A stretch of DNA of 63,974 bases, the filler included, from Olpidium bornovanus S191 (Eukaryota > Fungi > Olpidiomycota), in the NCBI GenBank assembly GCA_017911155.1. It is 27 parts of 27 records of this genome, joined end to end, with 100 filler letters (N's around TTAATTAATTAA, not from the genome) between each part and the next. Parts side by side here need not be neighbours in the genome. Positions count along the whole stretch, not along the records: positions 10,786 to 15,382 come from JAEFCI010002383.1; positions 15,483 to 16,714 come from JAEFCI010005739.1; positions 16,815 to 18,734 come from JAEFCI010001803.1; positions 18,835 to 22,040 come from JAEFCI010009941.1; 23 more parts are not named here. The stretch is one strand, 5' to 3'. The first letter of the stretch is position 1, and every line of letters begins with the position of its first letter. Below, piece after piece: positions 11,769 through 22,140 of this stretch. A program made the translations under genes and the position numbers. The notes under the pieces are model-generated. The model was given only the letters and a program-made list of their open reading frames with translations, was not told the origin of the DNA and did no database searches.

Positions 11769-13637
11769 TCAGGCACCAAGTTGATCGTTTACTCCTTGCT
11801 CATATAATTTAATAGGAACGCTACGGTGATCGCGGCGCACCCAAGAGCCGAGTTCCACGTCGGGAAGACGCCGGTCGTGACGCTTTCGATTACAGTCATC
11901 AGCGGGATGGTGACCTAACGGCAAGCAACCGCAAGTGGGAGGACGACTTCAGCTAGAATTCGCGCGGGTGATGAAAACTCCCCTATGAAGGGCACGTGAC
12001 TGGTTTTCTATCCCCCACTTCCCCCCCCCCAAAAAAAAATTCTTTTACCATAATCCCGACAGCCGCGAATACCGGCGTCGTCAGGGCTATGACGAGCATC
12101 ATAAGGCAGTTGTAAGCGACGCCAAGGCTGGCCATCATTAGGATGAGCCCAAACTGCTTCAGAGTCGGGGGTTCGAACGACTCAAAACCGACGTAATTCA
12201 GGAGGGGGATGAACACCCAGAAGCCCGTCAGCGTGCTGAGACCGATCATGGACGTCAACACCTGAACGAGTCAGACGTATAACGGCTCAGGTTATCGCAT
12301 TGCAATTACACAAGCAAACGTATGTGTCTGCCAGCCGGGGTTGGCCAAAACGTGACGGCGGCCAGACGCCTAAGGGCGGAATTTACCTGCACAAGCCTAA
12401 CTGACGGCGCTCCCACGGGCACCGCGTACACCTTGTACAGCACCTCGTAGAGCCCGTAGAGCATCGCGCCTGCCAGCGCCAGCAGATTTCCGATCCATTG
12501 CGAAACCGCCGGGGTATTCGCAGCGGCTGCGGGCTGTTCGCTGGATGCGGACATTATCCACACGCCGCCGACGGACAGGACGACGGCGAGGACTTTGGGT
12601 GTGGTCGCCCGCTCGTGTAGCAGGACGATGCTTGCCACCCACGCCCACAGTGCCGCGGTGTTGAAGATAGCGGTGAGGTCCGTCATCGTCGTCAAAGTGA
12701 CCGCCACGTACCTATCGCCAGGCGTTTTCGCGGGAGCGTTAGCGTACGGGGACCGTAGGGATTAACAAAGAGAACCGACTCCAGCGCCCTCCTCGATTTT
12801 ACCAGGCGTAGCTCGGTACATTCAGGCCGATCGCAAGGCACATCGAGAGCTTGAACAAATGTGCTGTCGTGACCACCGGCCCCGGATCGTCGTCAGCGGG
12901 CACCGGGGATGCTATCCGCGCGTAGGTACGCCCCGGGTTCTCATCGATTTTGGTTCTGTAACCCCGCAACGCGCAAGCGTCTAATCGAACTGCTTCCAGC
13001 AGCCTGGACGGAGTCCAAAGGCCGGACCCACGAACCGCTTCATAGATTAATTGAAGAGGGAATACGATGATATACGAGCTGTGCGCTATCCAGCTGACGT
13101 TGCAGGTTTGGAAGCGAGGCGGGAGGAAAAGAGAGAATTTGATTTAAATTAAAAAAAACCGCACGGTGCGCGCGCAACTCATGACTCACAACGGTCCGCG
13201 ACGGCAGACACTTACAACATGAGGTATGGTTTATGAAAATCGAGCGACGACTGGATGTGATTGGCAAACAAGGTCTGTGCGACGAAGGTGACGATGCAGA
13301 CTGTAACCCCGGTGCCCCGAGCTCTGTTAAGTCAGAGAGGTTGCGAGCGATGCGCGACTGGTTTCGCCAGCAGAGGTCGCAAAACAGGGGGCTCACCCAA
13401 AGCGCGGTTTCAACGACGAAGCGTACCGAACAGCACTGCGACGCCCGTTGCCGTCCGCGTGGTGGTGATCGCGACTACCGAGTCGGCGTCCGCCGGGCCT
13501 CGGTCGCCGCCACAGCCGACGACGGCATCCTGAGGCAGGGGGGCGATGTTGTCGCTGGCACCGCTCTTGCGGCCCTCGATTCCGGCCTGTAGCGGCATCG
13601 AGTCCTCCTCCTCCGTCCCGCCGTTCGCGGACGCCAT
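11769..13637 (-). CDS. SLC35F/EamA (drug-metabolite transporter) family membrane protein, multi-exon
   Basis: Hydrophobic exons: GVTVCIVTFVAQTLFANHIQSSLDFHKPYLM; LNVPSYAWYVAVTLTTMTDLTAIFNTAALWAW; GNLLALAGAMLYGLYEVLYK; LVIALTTPVFAAVGIM|VTIPLMTVIE. TGA 11769-11771. The exon 1-2 frame needs a one-base correction. Confidence 0.75.
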
Positions 13638-13897
13638 GGCGGCCCAGGTACGTATGGCACCCGTTTCTACCTCTCCTTGGCTCCGCTAGCCATATGCGGG
13701 GGGTTTCCTTCGGCGGGGAAATTGGCGGCTTCCCGATCACGCCTTGGCGCCGGTGAAACCCGGCGGAAACGAGGACGCTCGGCAGAGATCGTTACGGGGG
13801 CTTTTTGCCTGGCCGCTGGTGCGCGTCTGCGCCTGCTCGTGAGGGGAAGGAGCGGGGGGGGCCTGTTGGGCTCCAAAAAAAAAAAAAACCAAAAAAA

Positions 13898-15238
13898 TGT
13901 GAACCGGAAGAGTGCGCTCAACGGTCACGTGATCAAAGATGCCAAAGACCGGGAGGGGAGCTCCAGTGGGCTTCTCCCTCCCGCCGTCAAAACCGCAAAC
14001 AACGGAAGGGACAAAGGAGAGAAGAAGGAAGACGGAAAGAAGCAGAAGCTTTTCGCAACACGTTATCAGCACCATTCCGGTTTCCCGCTGCGTTTGTCGC
14101 TCTTCTCACTGCGCCGCCTTCCGCTGCCGCTGCGTTCCACCGAAGCGCCATCCGCCGCCCCGCGCTGCCGCCGCCGTGTGCGCCTCCGCCGAATTTGCCA
14201 TCTTCGCGCGCCTTCGCCGTTGCACCACTTCGCCGAACACTCGCTCCCTTCGCGCCGTCGCCCGCTCGCGTCCGTCGTCTCGCGCTGCCGCTTCACCGCC
14301 GCCGCCGCCGCCGCCCGTCTGCTGGCTCGTTCGCGCTCGCCCGCGTCATGCTCGCCCCTTCGCGCTCGCCCGCGTCACGCTCGCCCGTTCGCGCTCGCCC
14401 GTTCGCGCTCGCCCGCGTCGCGCTCACCCGTTCGCGCTCGCCCGCGTCGCGCTCACCCGTTCGCGCTCGTCCGCGTCGCGCTCGCCCGCGTCACGCTCGC
14501 CCGTTTGCGCTCACCCGCGTCACGCTCGCCCGTTCGCGCTCGCCCGCGTCACGCTCGCCCGTTCGCGCTCGCCCACGTCACGCTTGCCCGTTCGCCTCGC
14601 CCTCGCCGAGAGCTGAAACTGCGCGTTTCTAAGTTCTTTCTGTCCCCTGCTCCTGTCCAGAAACTTTCCCCTGCTCGCTCGTCTTCTCTGACCTTTCCGA
14701 TGGCTTACGACTCTTCTCCCTCCTCGCGCCTCGCCCCTTTCCTCTTCCGAGCTCTTGCTGCAGATGGCAGCAACTATCTCTCATGGGCTCAGCACACCCA
14801 GTCCCACCTGACCGTTCAGGAAGTGGACATGGCAGTCGCTGTCCCCGGGGGAGCCGCGGCTCTCCGGGCCACGTCGGCGTGCAAGCCCGCCCAGCTGGCC
14901 GGCAGGCTGAACCTTCTGGTCCACCACCTGGACCACAGGCTTCAGACTCATTACCTTTTCAAGAAGGACCCAGCTGCCCTTTGGGGTACGCTCAAAGCGA
15001 GGTTCGACAACTGTTGTGTGATCCTGCTCCAGCAGGCGAAACACAACTGGCCCAACCTGCGAGTGATGGACTTCAGGTCCGTCAGCGAGTACGACGCGAG
15101 ACTCCATGAGATAGTCTCGACCTTACGCCTCTGCGGAGAGCAGGCCGCTGAGAGCGATATGATCGAAAGAACTCTGACGTCACTCCCCGTGAGGAGTGCT
15201 GTCTTGGCTGAGCAATACAGCCAACGGGGATACACCAT
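13898..15238 (+). mobile_element. Ty1/copia LTR retrotransposon 5' part (short LTR, PBS, leader, gag), Bianca-like, copy 1
   Basis: Putative LTR TGTGAA(13898)...CAACA(14060); PBS cgTTATCAGCAC 14061-14072; gag from ATG 14700: LAADGSNYLSW..LVHHLDHRLQTHYLFKKDPAALWGTLKARFD..WPNLRVMDFRSVSEYDARLHEIVSTLRLCGE..MIERTL (UBN2-type copia gag). Confidence 0.88.
14330..14600. repeat. GC-rich minisatellite in the retroelement leader
   Basis: Alternating ~13-nt units such as CGCGCTCGCCCGT, CACGCTCGCCCGT and TCGCGCTCGCCCG; not present in copy 2. Confidence 0.9.
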
Positions 15239-15482
15239 GTCACAGAGCGCGCTCTGGTGGCATCAAACCCCTCTCCAGGCATGTCAAGTCCTTATCGAGG
15301 ACAACCCGCCAAACAGCCAGCCAAGGAAGTCACGTGACCTTGAAATCGCCGAGATCACTAGACACACCGGTGTGTCTAGCCGNNNNNNNNNNNNNNNNNN
15401 NNNNNNNNNNNNNNNNNNNNNNNNNNTTAATTAATTAANNNNNNNNNNNNNNNNNNNNNNNNNNNNNNNNNNNNNNNNNNNN

Positions 15483-16640
15483 CATGAGCGCGTTTTTTGG
15501 CTGCAAGTACGTTCGAGATGCGAAATATGAAGTTTGCAGCTGGTCGACGCGGACCGTCCCATCGACCAGGCAAAGTCAAAAACCAAACCCACGGTGTATC
15601 TCCATGATATTAGCCTCCTCTCCTCTTTTTCTTTCGCTCCCGTGCCGCCGGCGCTCCCCGCCTGGTCATTCTGGTCGTCGTTGGCCGTTCCTTGCAATAG
15701 GAGCTGGTCCTTTTCCTTGGAATACACCCAGTGATACTTCTCTCGTCTCTCACGGTTCATCTTCTCGACAAGCTGCGAAAACGTGCGCTCTCGACTGTCA
15801 AAGACGAACACGCATTTTTTTTTTTTTGTAAAAACCGCTGGCTGCACGGAGCGCAGTCCGAAGGCCGACGAAAGAAGAAGAAAAATATCAAGAGACAACA
15901 ACAACAAGGAAAGGATATGATGCGTTGTCCTCGCTGGTGTACTTCGCCTGGAAGGAATCCAGGTTCAGGTTCAGGTCGGCGGCGGGCGGGCCTTCGCCTT
16001 CTGGCGGCGACGGCGCCACGGACAGCGCTGCCGGCGTCCCGAAAGCTCCGGGCGTCAAGCCCCCAGGAGTGGTCGCCACGGCCGACCACGGCGACGCAAC
16101 CGGCGTACTCGCGCCGGCCGAGGCGGCCGCCGAGCCGCCCCAGGACGGCGTGGATCTCCTCTGGATCTCCTGCGCGGACGTCCGCATGCGCTCCAGGTCG
16201 TTCCCCTCCAGGGCATCCAGGTAGTTGACCTTCGCCTTGAGCTTGGCGAGGTTGGGAAAGAAATCCCGTTCCACGATGTAGCTGATCGCTTCGGCGTAGG
16301 TGTCCTCGTCGAGTACGATCTGGCTCCCGCTCTGCTTCTGGGACGGACCGCCGCCTGCGGCAGAGGCCACGGAGAGCGCCGACGCGGACCGGACGGTCGA
16401 GGGCGTCGCCGGGACCGCGAAACGCGGCGTGGCGGCTACTGCGGCTGCTGCTGCGGCGGCGGCGAGGGCGCCCGGCGCCGCCGGGGACGCCGCGGCAGTC
16501 CCGGCGGCGCCGGCGCCGCTCGGCCCGGTTTCGGCCGCCCTCCCGTCTCGTCGTCCGCCTCCGGGCGCTCGGGCGAAGGCAGCCACGGGCGGCAGCGGCG
16601 GCATGGCTGCAACGGCCTGGGAGGCTGAGGAACGGGACAT
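15483..16640 (-). CDS. ESS2: Splicing factor ESS2/DGCR14 (Es2), 5' part
   Basis: IVLDEDTYAEAISYIVERDFFPNL, LNLDSFQAKYTSEDNAS, EKMNRERREKYHWVY, W-RYT|PKNALM. The start codon (16640) is tentative. Confidence 0.9.
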
Positions 16641-17755
16641 GTGGTGGGGTGCTAAAAGCGTCGCCGGGCTTTCTCCTCTTGTCATCGTTTCGTTTCGGGG
16701 GGGAGGGGGGGGGGNNNNNNNNNNNNNNNNNNNNNNNNNNNNNNNNNNNNNNNNNNNNTTAATTAATTAANNNNNNNNNNNNNNNNNNNNNNNNNNNNNN
16801 NNNNNNNNNNNNNNATCAGGCGTCAGGTGAACGCGCCTAAGGAGCTCCGACCTGACGTAGGGACAAACAAACAGTGCCGGTTCCAAAACAGAAAGTGTAG
16901 CAAACGAGAGGTCGAAGGAGGTCGAAAGATTTCGCGCAGCAGTCAAATCCCCTTCGACGGAAACGCAGACTGCTCCAAGATTCGCACCCTCTGCGATACA
17001 CCGAGAGAAGCGGGCCGTTAGGGCAGAGGGGGGGGGGCGGGGGGGGGGAAGGGGGGGGGGAAGGAATACGAACGCGGGATACGAACGCGGGGGCGCAACC
17101 ACCAAGTCCGGGCGAAGGGCCAGCGGTGGGGAAGGCAGCAGCCGTCCCTTACCGGAAAGTGGGGCTTTCGCTTAGGGGCGCTTCCAGAGCCGCCGCCAAG
17201 GGGGGTGGAAGGAGGGAAGGAAGCCTGCCGGAAACCGCACGGATGTCCGACCGACTTCTGATTTTTCCGGACCGCGTTCTCGCAGACGGAGGGGCAAAAG
17301 CAGACGCGGCGCGCGGGTGCGCAGGCACAGGCGGAGGGCGCCTTCCGGGAGACGGGCGGCGGAGAGGGGGGGGGGGAAGGCGAGGAGGATGGAAGGAACG
17401 GGGGTCGGGGAGGAGGAGGCGGGTGGCCCGGGCGAACGAAGGCGGGCGGGCGGCGGGGGGGCGGGCGGGCGAAAGGGGGGCGTCTTGCACAGGGCGATCA
17501 CGTGACCCGCCTTTGGAAGCGGGGCCGCGCGGGCCAGAACGCCCGCCGGGCAAAGAACGCTCGCCGGTCCCCGCGTCCCTCGGACCTTCCCGCGTCCCTC
17601 AGCCCTTCCCGCGTCCCCATGTCGTTCCCGCGTTCGCAAATCCCCTCACCCACACACCCCCCCGCCTCCCCGGCCGCGACCCCAGTCGCCAGACGCGCAC
17701 GCCGCCGCCCTTTGCTCTTTCCCCCCGCGTCCTCCCCCTTTTACGTGGTGCCATA

Positions 17756-18640
17756 ATGGCCGGCGTCGCCGCGCGCGACGCGTCCGCCGCCCGTGCACGT
17801 TCGGCCCCAATTGTCGCCAACGCGTCTCGGATGGGTCATCTTGAGTCCCCAGAAGAATTGGGCTCCCTTCGGGCCCAGGTGAAGTGCCTTACCCTTCAAC
17901 CGCGGCGGAGCCATGAACCAGTACGCCGTCACGGCAAGAGAACTGGAGCGGGCCAAAGCGGATCACGCGGGAACCCGCAAGAGCATGGCCCGACTTTGTG
18001 AGAGGTTGGAAGAATTGAATGCGCGGTTTCAACGAAGACCCGGGCGAAGCCCGCTGAGAGACGCAGTGTTCCCAGAAAGGATGTGGGTGGGGGGCCAAAC
18101 AGGCGCGTAACAAAAAGGAGATCGAAGCGCGCGCACACCAGTGCGTTATGCTGAAGGTCAGAATTTTCGCGTGATTTGATTTCCGTCGTCCTGGCGAAAT
18201 CGTGCATTTCACGGGACGAGGCTGATCTTTTGGTGTCTTGGATTATCTCTGCTCGACGGGGCGCGCGCAAATTGTTGAATTACAGATGACAGATCTCCGA
18301 ACGCAACTGAAGGACGTCGAGTGCTATTGGGAGTCGCGTTTACAGCTGACGGAGCCGCATTCTGAACTGGCCCAAGTCCCAGTCTCAGCTCCTAAGAACC
18401 GAAATCCAGCTTGATGAGTTGAAGAGCTGCATCACAACAAGGTGACGGCCGAGCTGAAAGAAAAAAAAAATTACTCGTGCCTGCGGGGAGACGTGGCGCT
18501 CCAGCGTTTACAGCTGGCGGGGCCGCATTCTGAACTGGCCAAGTCCCAGTCTCAGCTCCAAAGAACCGAAATCCAGCTTGATGAGTTGAAGAGCTGCATT
18601 ACAACAAGGTAACGGCCGAGCTGAAAGAAAAAAAAATAAA
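17756..18640 (+). CDS. Hypothetical coiled-coil protein fragment(s)
   Basis: Heptad-like segments (ELERAKADHAGTRKSMARLCERLEELNARF; ELAKSQSQLQRTEIQLDELKSC) with GT-AG borders; no family recognised. Confidence 0.35.
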
Positions 18641-18655
18641 TCACTCGTGCCCGCG
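18337..18655 (+). repeat. 168-bp tandem duplication of an exon with its splice sites
   Basis: CGTTTACAGCTG...ACAACAAGGT(G/A)ACGGCCGAGCTGAAAGAAAAA at 18337 and 18505; copy 1 has one extra C. Confidence 0.9.
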
Positions 18656-18871
18656 AGGTGTGGTTTTGGTTTTGTTGTGTTTGGTTTATTTTGGGTTCGG
18701 GCGGTAACTACTTTGAGGGCAGTGAGGGCTTGAGNNNNNNNNNNNNNNNNNNNNNNNNNNNNNNNNNNNNNNNNNNNNTTAATTAATTAANNNNNNNNNN
18801 NNNNNNNNNNNNNNNNNNNNNNNNNNNNNNNNNNCAGCAGGTACGCCAACAATCAGAAGTTATCCGGCGGG

Positions 18872-18878
18872 TATAAAA
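18872..18878 (+). promoter_or_regulatory. Candidate TATA box for the secreted peptide gene
   Basis: TATAAAA about 240 bp upstream of ATG 19117. Confidence 0.4.
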
Positions 18879-19116
18879 CCCTGTCCCTTTTTGCTCCTTT
18901 TTTTAACCGCAGCGTCTTTGAAGCCCCAGTCACGAAAGCAGGTTGGTTCTCATGGTTTCCCCGCGCACAAAGAATAGGAACAGTCATTTACGGTTTGTTT
19001 CTGCTCAACTCTGGTGCGTTTCTTTCCCCAACCATTTGGCTGCCTCGCGCGAGGGAACAGCGCACTCTTCGAGAACATCCGTTATTGTCCGCCAAACTAA
19101 AACAGCACAAAGAATC

Positions 19117-19425
19117 ATGAGGATCGCCGTCATCGCCCTCGCCGCCGTCGCTGTCCTCGTGCAGGTCGTTTCCGCTGCCCCTGATCCCGATCCGGCCCCG
19201 GCCCCGGCCCCGGCTCCCGAGCCGTTCCCGCCCGGAGGCTCCAGCGGCGGGTTTGACGGATACGGGAAGGGCAAGGGCAAGGGCTACGGCGGATATTGGA
19301 AGGGGAAGGGCAAGGGCTACGGGAAGAAGGGCTACGGCGGCTATGGGAAGGGGAAGGGCTACGGCGGCTATGGGAAGAGGAAAGGGAAGGGGAAAGGCTA
19401 CGGCGGTTACGGCGGCTGGTACTGA
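19117..19425 (+). CDS. Small secreted precursor: signal peptide + X-Pro dipeptide pro-region + Gly/Lys/Tyr-repeat cationic peptide (102 aa)
   Basis: MRIAVIALAAVAVLVQVVSA / APDPDPAPAPAPAPEP / FPPGGSSGGFDG / YGKGKGKGYGGYWKGKGKG...YGGYGGWY*. Intact single-exon ORF. Confidence 0.88.
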   Translation: MRIAVIALAAVAVLVQVVSAAPDPDPAPAPAPAPEPFPPGGSSGGFDGYGKGKGKGYGGYWKGKGKGYGKKGYGGYGKGKGYGGYGKRKGKGKGYGGYGGWY

Positions 19426-20149
19426 CGTTCGCAAGGTTATTTAAGCATTGCAACGTTGAGGCGCCGCGGATGCACTCCCCGCTTTACTGAGCAATCATAG
19501 TGTTGTGATTTCGCCCGAATGGGGCGCGAGCCGGATGAGAATCAGAACACGCTCGCCGGTAACACCCACCTGCCGGTTTGGTGGTGCAAATGGCCTGCAG
19601 CGCGAGGTGGGGTTACATAATATTGAACACCAGAACAAACGCGCCGAAAGACAAATTTTCGCCGAAGCATTGGTTGCGGGTAGATCCTTGGAAGCGTCGA
19701 ATTAGCAGGCGCCCAAAAAGGATGCCGCCCAGGAAACGAATTCCAACGCCTTCCGCCACGAATCACGCTTCACGCCCCGCTCAAATCCCCTGAGCGCTGA
19801 TAACCTGAAGCCTCTCGCTGTCGATGGTCCAGGAGCTTCGCGGCGTCAGTTTATTTGACGACGTCTTGGGAGCCTGTATCTCCACGTCTTTGTGCACTCG
19901 TCTGGACGGGGAACGGGGACCCGAGCGATACACCCAGGGGCCTCGGTGGCGGGTTTCCAACATGGCGAGACACGGGGGCTATCAAGTTTTATTTTTGTCG
20001 AGATTTGTCCTTGCTGGGACGATGCCCGCGTGGCGCAAACGGTGGCAGATGGCTGAACGCAGCCGCGTGCCCGTGCACGGGGATGCGCCATCTTCCATGT
20101 TTTTTGTGCTCATCCGGGATACTTCCACCTTCCCCTCAGCAGGAAGATC

Positions 20150-20707
20150 ACCGTCCCTCGCGTGCTGAGTTTTTCTGGGCGGCATTTTGTCTTGCTGCTC
20201 TACCGTCCGGTGCGCCGGTCTCAGCGTCAGTGTTCATTCCCGCAGCGGCGATCCGAGATCCCGGGCGGGAATTGTCGTCGGGGTTCGATACGAGTTTCTC
20301 GTCCCAGTCCATGACCTTGTCCGCCTTTTTTTCCCGCATGGTTTCGCCCACGCGAGACGGACCGGAATATAAAGACGGAGGGGAGTGGGGGGAAATGGGG
20401 GGGGGGGGAGTAGGAGAGAAGCGGTAAACCAACTTCGTGTTTAGAGACGGTATTCAGCGGTTTGGTGAGAAACGTTGTAACGTACTTCCGCCTTCTTCAG
20501 GAAGTTGTCGGCGGCCTCCTTGGCCACCCTCGGGAACGGACCCGTCTTGACCGCGCGGGCGATCCTTTCGGACAGCTTGGTCCCGCCGGTGTTGCGCCGC
20601 TGCTGCCGCAGCGCCGCCGAACCGAGCGACTTCGCCGCGGCGGCTGCCGCGCGGCGCCGCGCGGTTCCGTTACTCGCGGCGGCGGAAAAAGGGGAAAGGG
20701 CGGCCAT
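20150..20707 (-). CDS. Hypothetical protein (spliced, unresolved)
   Basis: ATG 20707 (MAALSPFSAAASNG...VAKEAADNFLKKAE) ends at a GTACGT donor at 20485; a charged downstream exon follows; no family recognised. Confidence 0.35.
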
Positions 20708-22140
20708 GTACGTCGCCCCGTCTCGCCTGCCTCTTTGTTCAGGGGCCGCTGCAAGAATAGCGCCGGCCGCCCGGCGGCGCGGGGACGCTGGCGGCGACGG
20801 TTGGGGAACGGAAACGAAAAGGTCAGGGCGCAGCGGAGTTTTCCCGGGGGGGGGGGCAAGCGCTTTTTTTTTTGTCGTTCCCGGGGTGTTTTTTTTTTTT
20901 TTTTTCAGTCCGACCCACGGACGTCCGTCCGCAAGGCGCGTTCTTCGGTCCGACACGGCGCGCCAGCGGGACCCCGAGCATCGGCTCGGGCGCTGCTGCT
21001 CTCCGCCGCGCGCGCGCGCCGTTTTTGGCTCCGAGGCGGCTTTTCGTCCCGTGGAAAGCGGCGAGCGGAGGCGGGGGAACGGGGGAGTTGGTTGCGGGGG
21101 AAGCCGGCGGCGGTCGTTTCCGCGGAAGGCGCCGCCGCCGCCGCCAGAGCCTTTACCTCTCTCTCTTCCCTCTCCCACCGCGCTCTCGGAGACCGCCCGT
21201 GCGCACGCGCGCGTCTTGCCCTCTGCGAAGCCTGAAAGGAAACTTCCTGACGACGGAAAGGATTGACGCAAACAAAAAGAAGGAGGCGTCCGTTGCATAG
21301 CGGCTCACAAAATAATTGCGTCACGCGCAAAAAGTTCCCCCGCCCGCGACCATTTCAAAACCGATACACGGAGCGGAACGATCGAACACCGGCGATCCCG
21401 GACTCTCCGCTGGAATTTGATGGCGTATGCGGGTTGAATATTCCATTGAATCTTCTTGTTTCGCGGATGCGTGGAGGGCGGGAGCTCGCGCTGCAGCACA
21501 TGGAGCCGGTTGGAACGGAGCACAAGGATAAAGGATTGGAAAAATAAAAAATCTGCGCGAAGTCGGGGCGGAAATCGCGAGCCGGAGGCCAATCTAGTCG
21601 AGCGCGTGCGAATTGCCCCAAAAAAGTAAAGCCGGCGCTGTGGCAGACATGGTCCGACATAAACGGTAAGGGCTGAAATAAGCGGCGATGGGGTGGCTGT
21701 ATCGCGGGAGAGGGGCAACGTAACTAATGGTTTTTCTTTTTGTATTTTCTTGCGGTTTTTCTTTTTGTATTTTCTTTTCTTCCGACGTTTTTTTTCCCGG
21801 AAATCGCTTATTCATTGCACACAATTGTCATTTATTGCTAGTGTTTTATCAGTCGATGAGGAAGCAATACGGAATGTTGCGGGACCGCAGCGATTTCTTG
21901 CACCGGCGTCAAGTCCGCAATCCCTTTCCTTCTCCCTGAGGGCCCTCCGCAGTTTCGACCACTATAAACGAAATGTGATACTCCGTGAGCAGAATGCGTT
22001 CCGAAGGAATACGGTAAAAAAATCCTGGAAATTTACCATGNNNNNNNNNNNNNNNNNNNNNNNNNNNNNNNNNNNNNNNNNNNNTTAATTAATTAANNNN
22101 NNNNNNNNNNNNNNNNNNNNNNNNNNNNNNNNNNNNNNNN

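Noticed and set aside
13677-14699. 585-aa ORF as a single long gag protein
   Set aside because: The N-terminal ~340 codons run through flank, LTR, PBS and a GC minisatellite. Gag similarity starts at ATG 14700, the same start as in copy 2.
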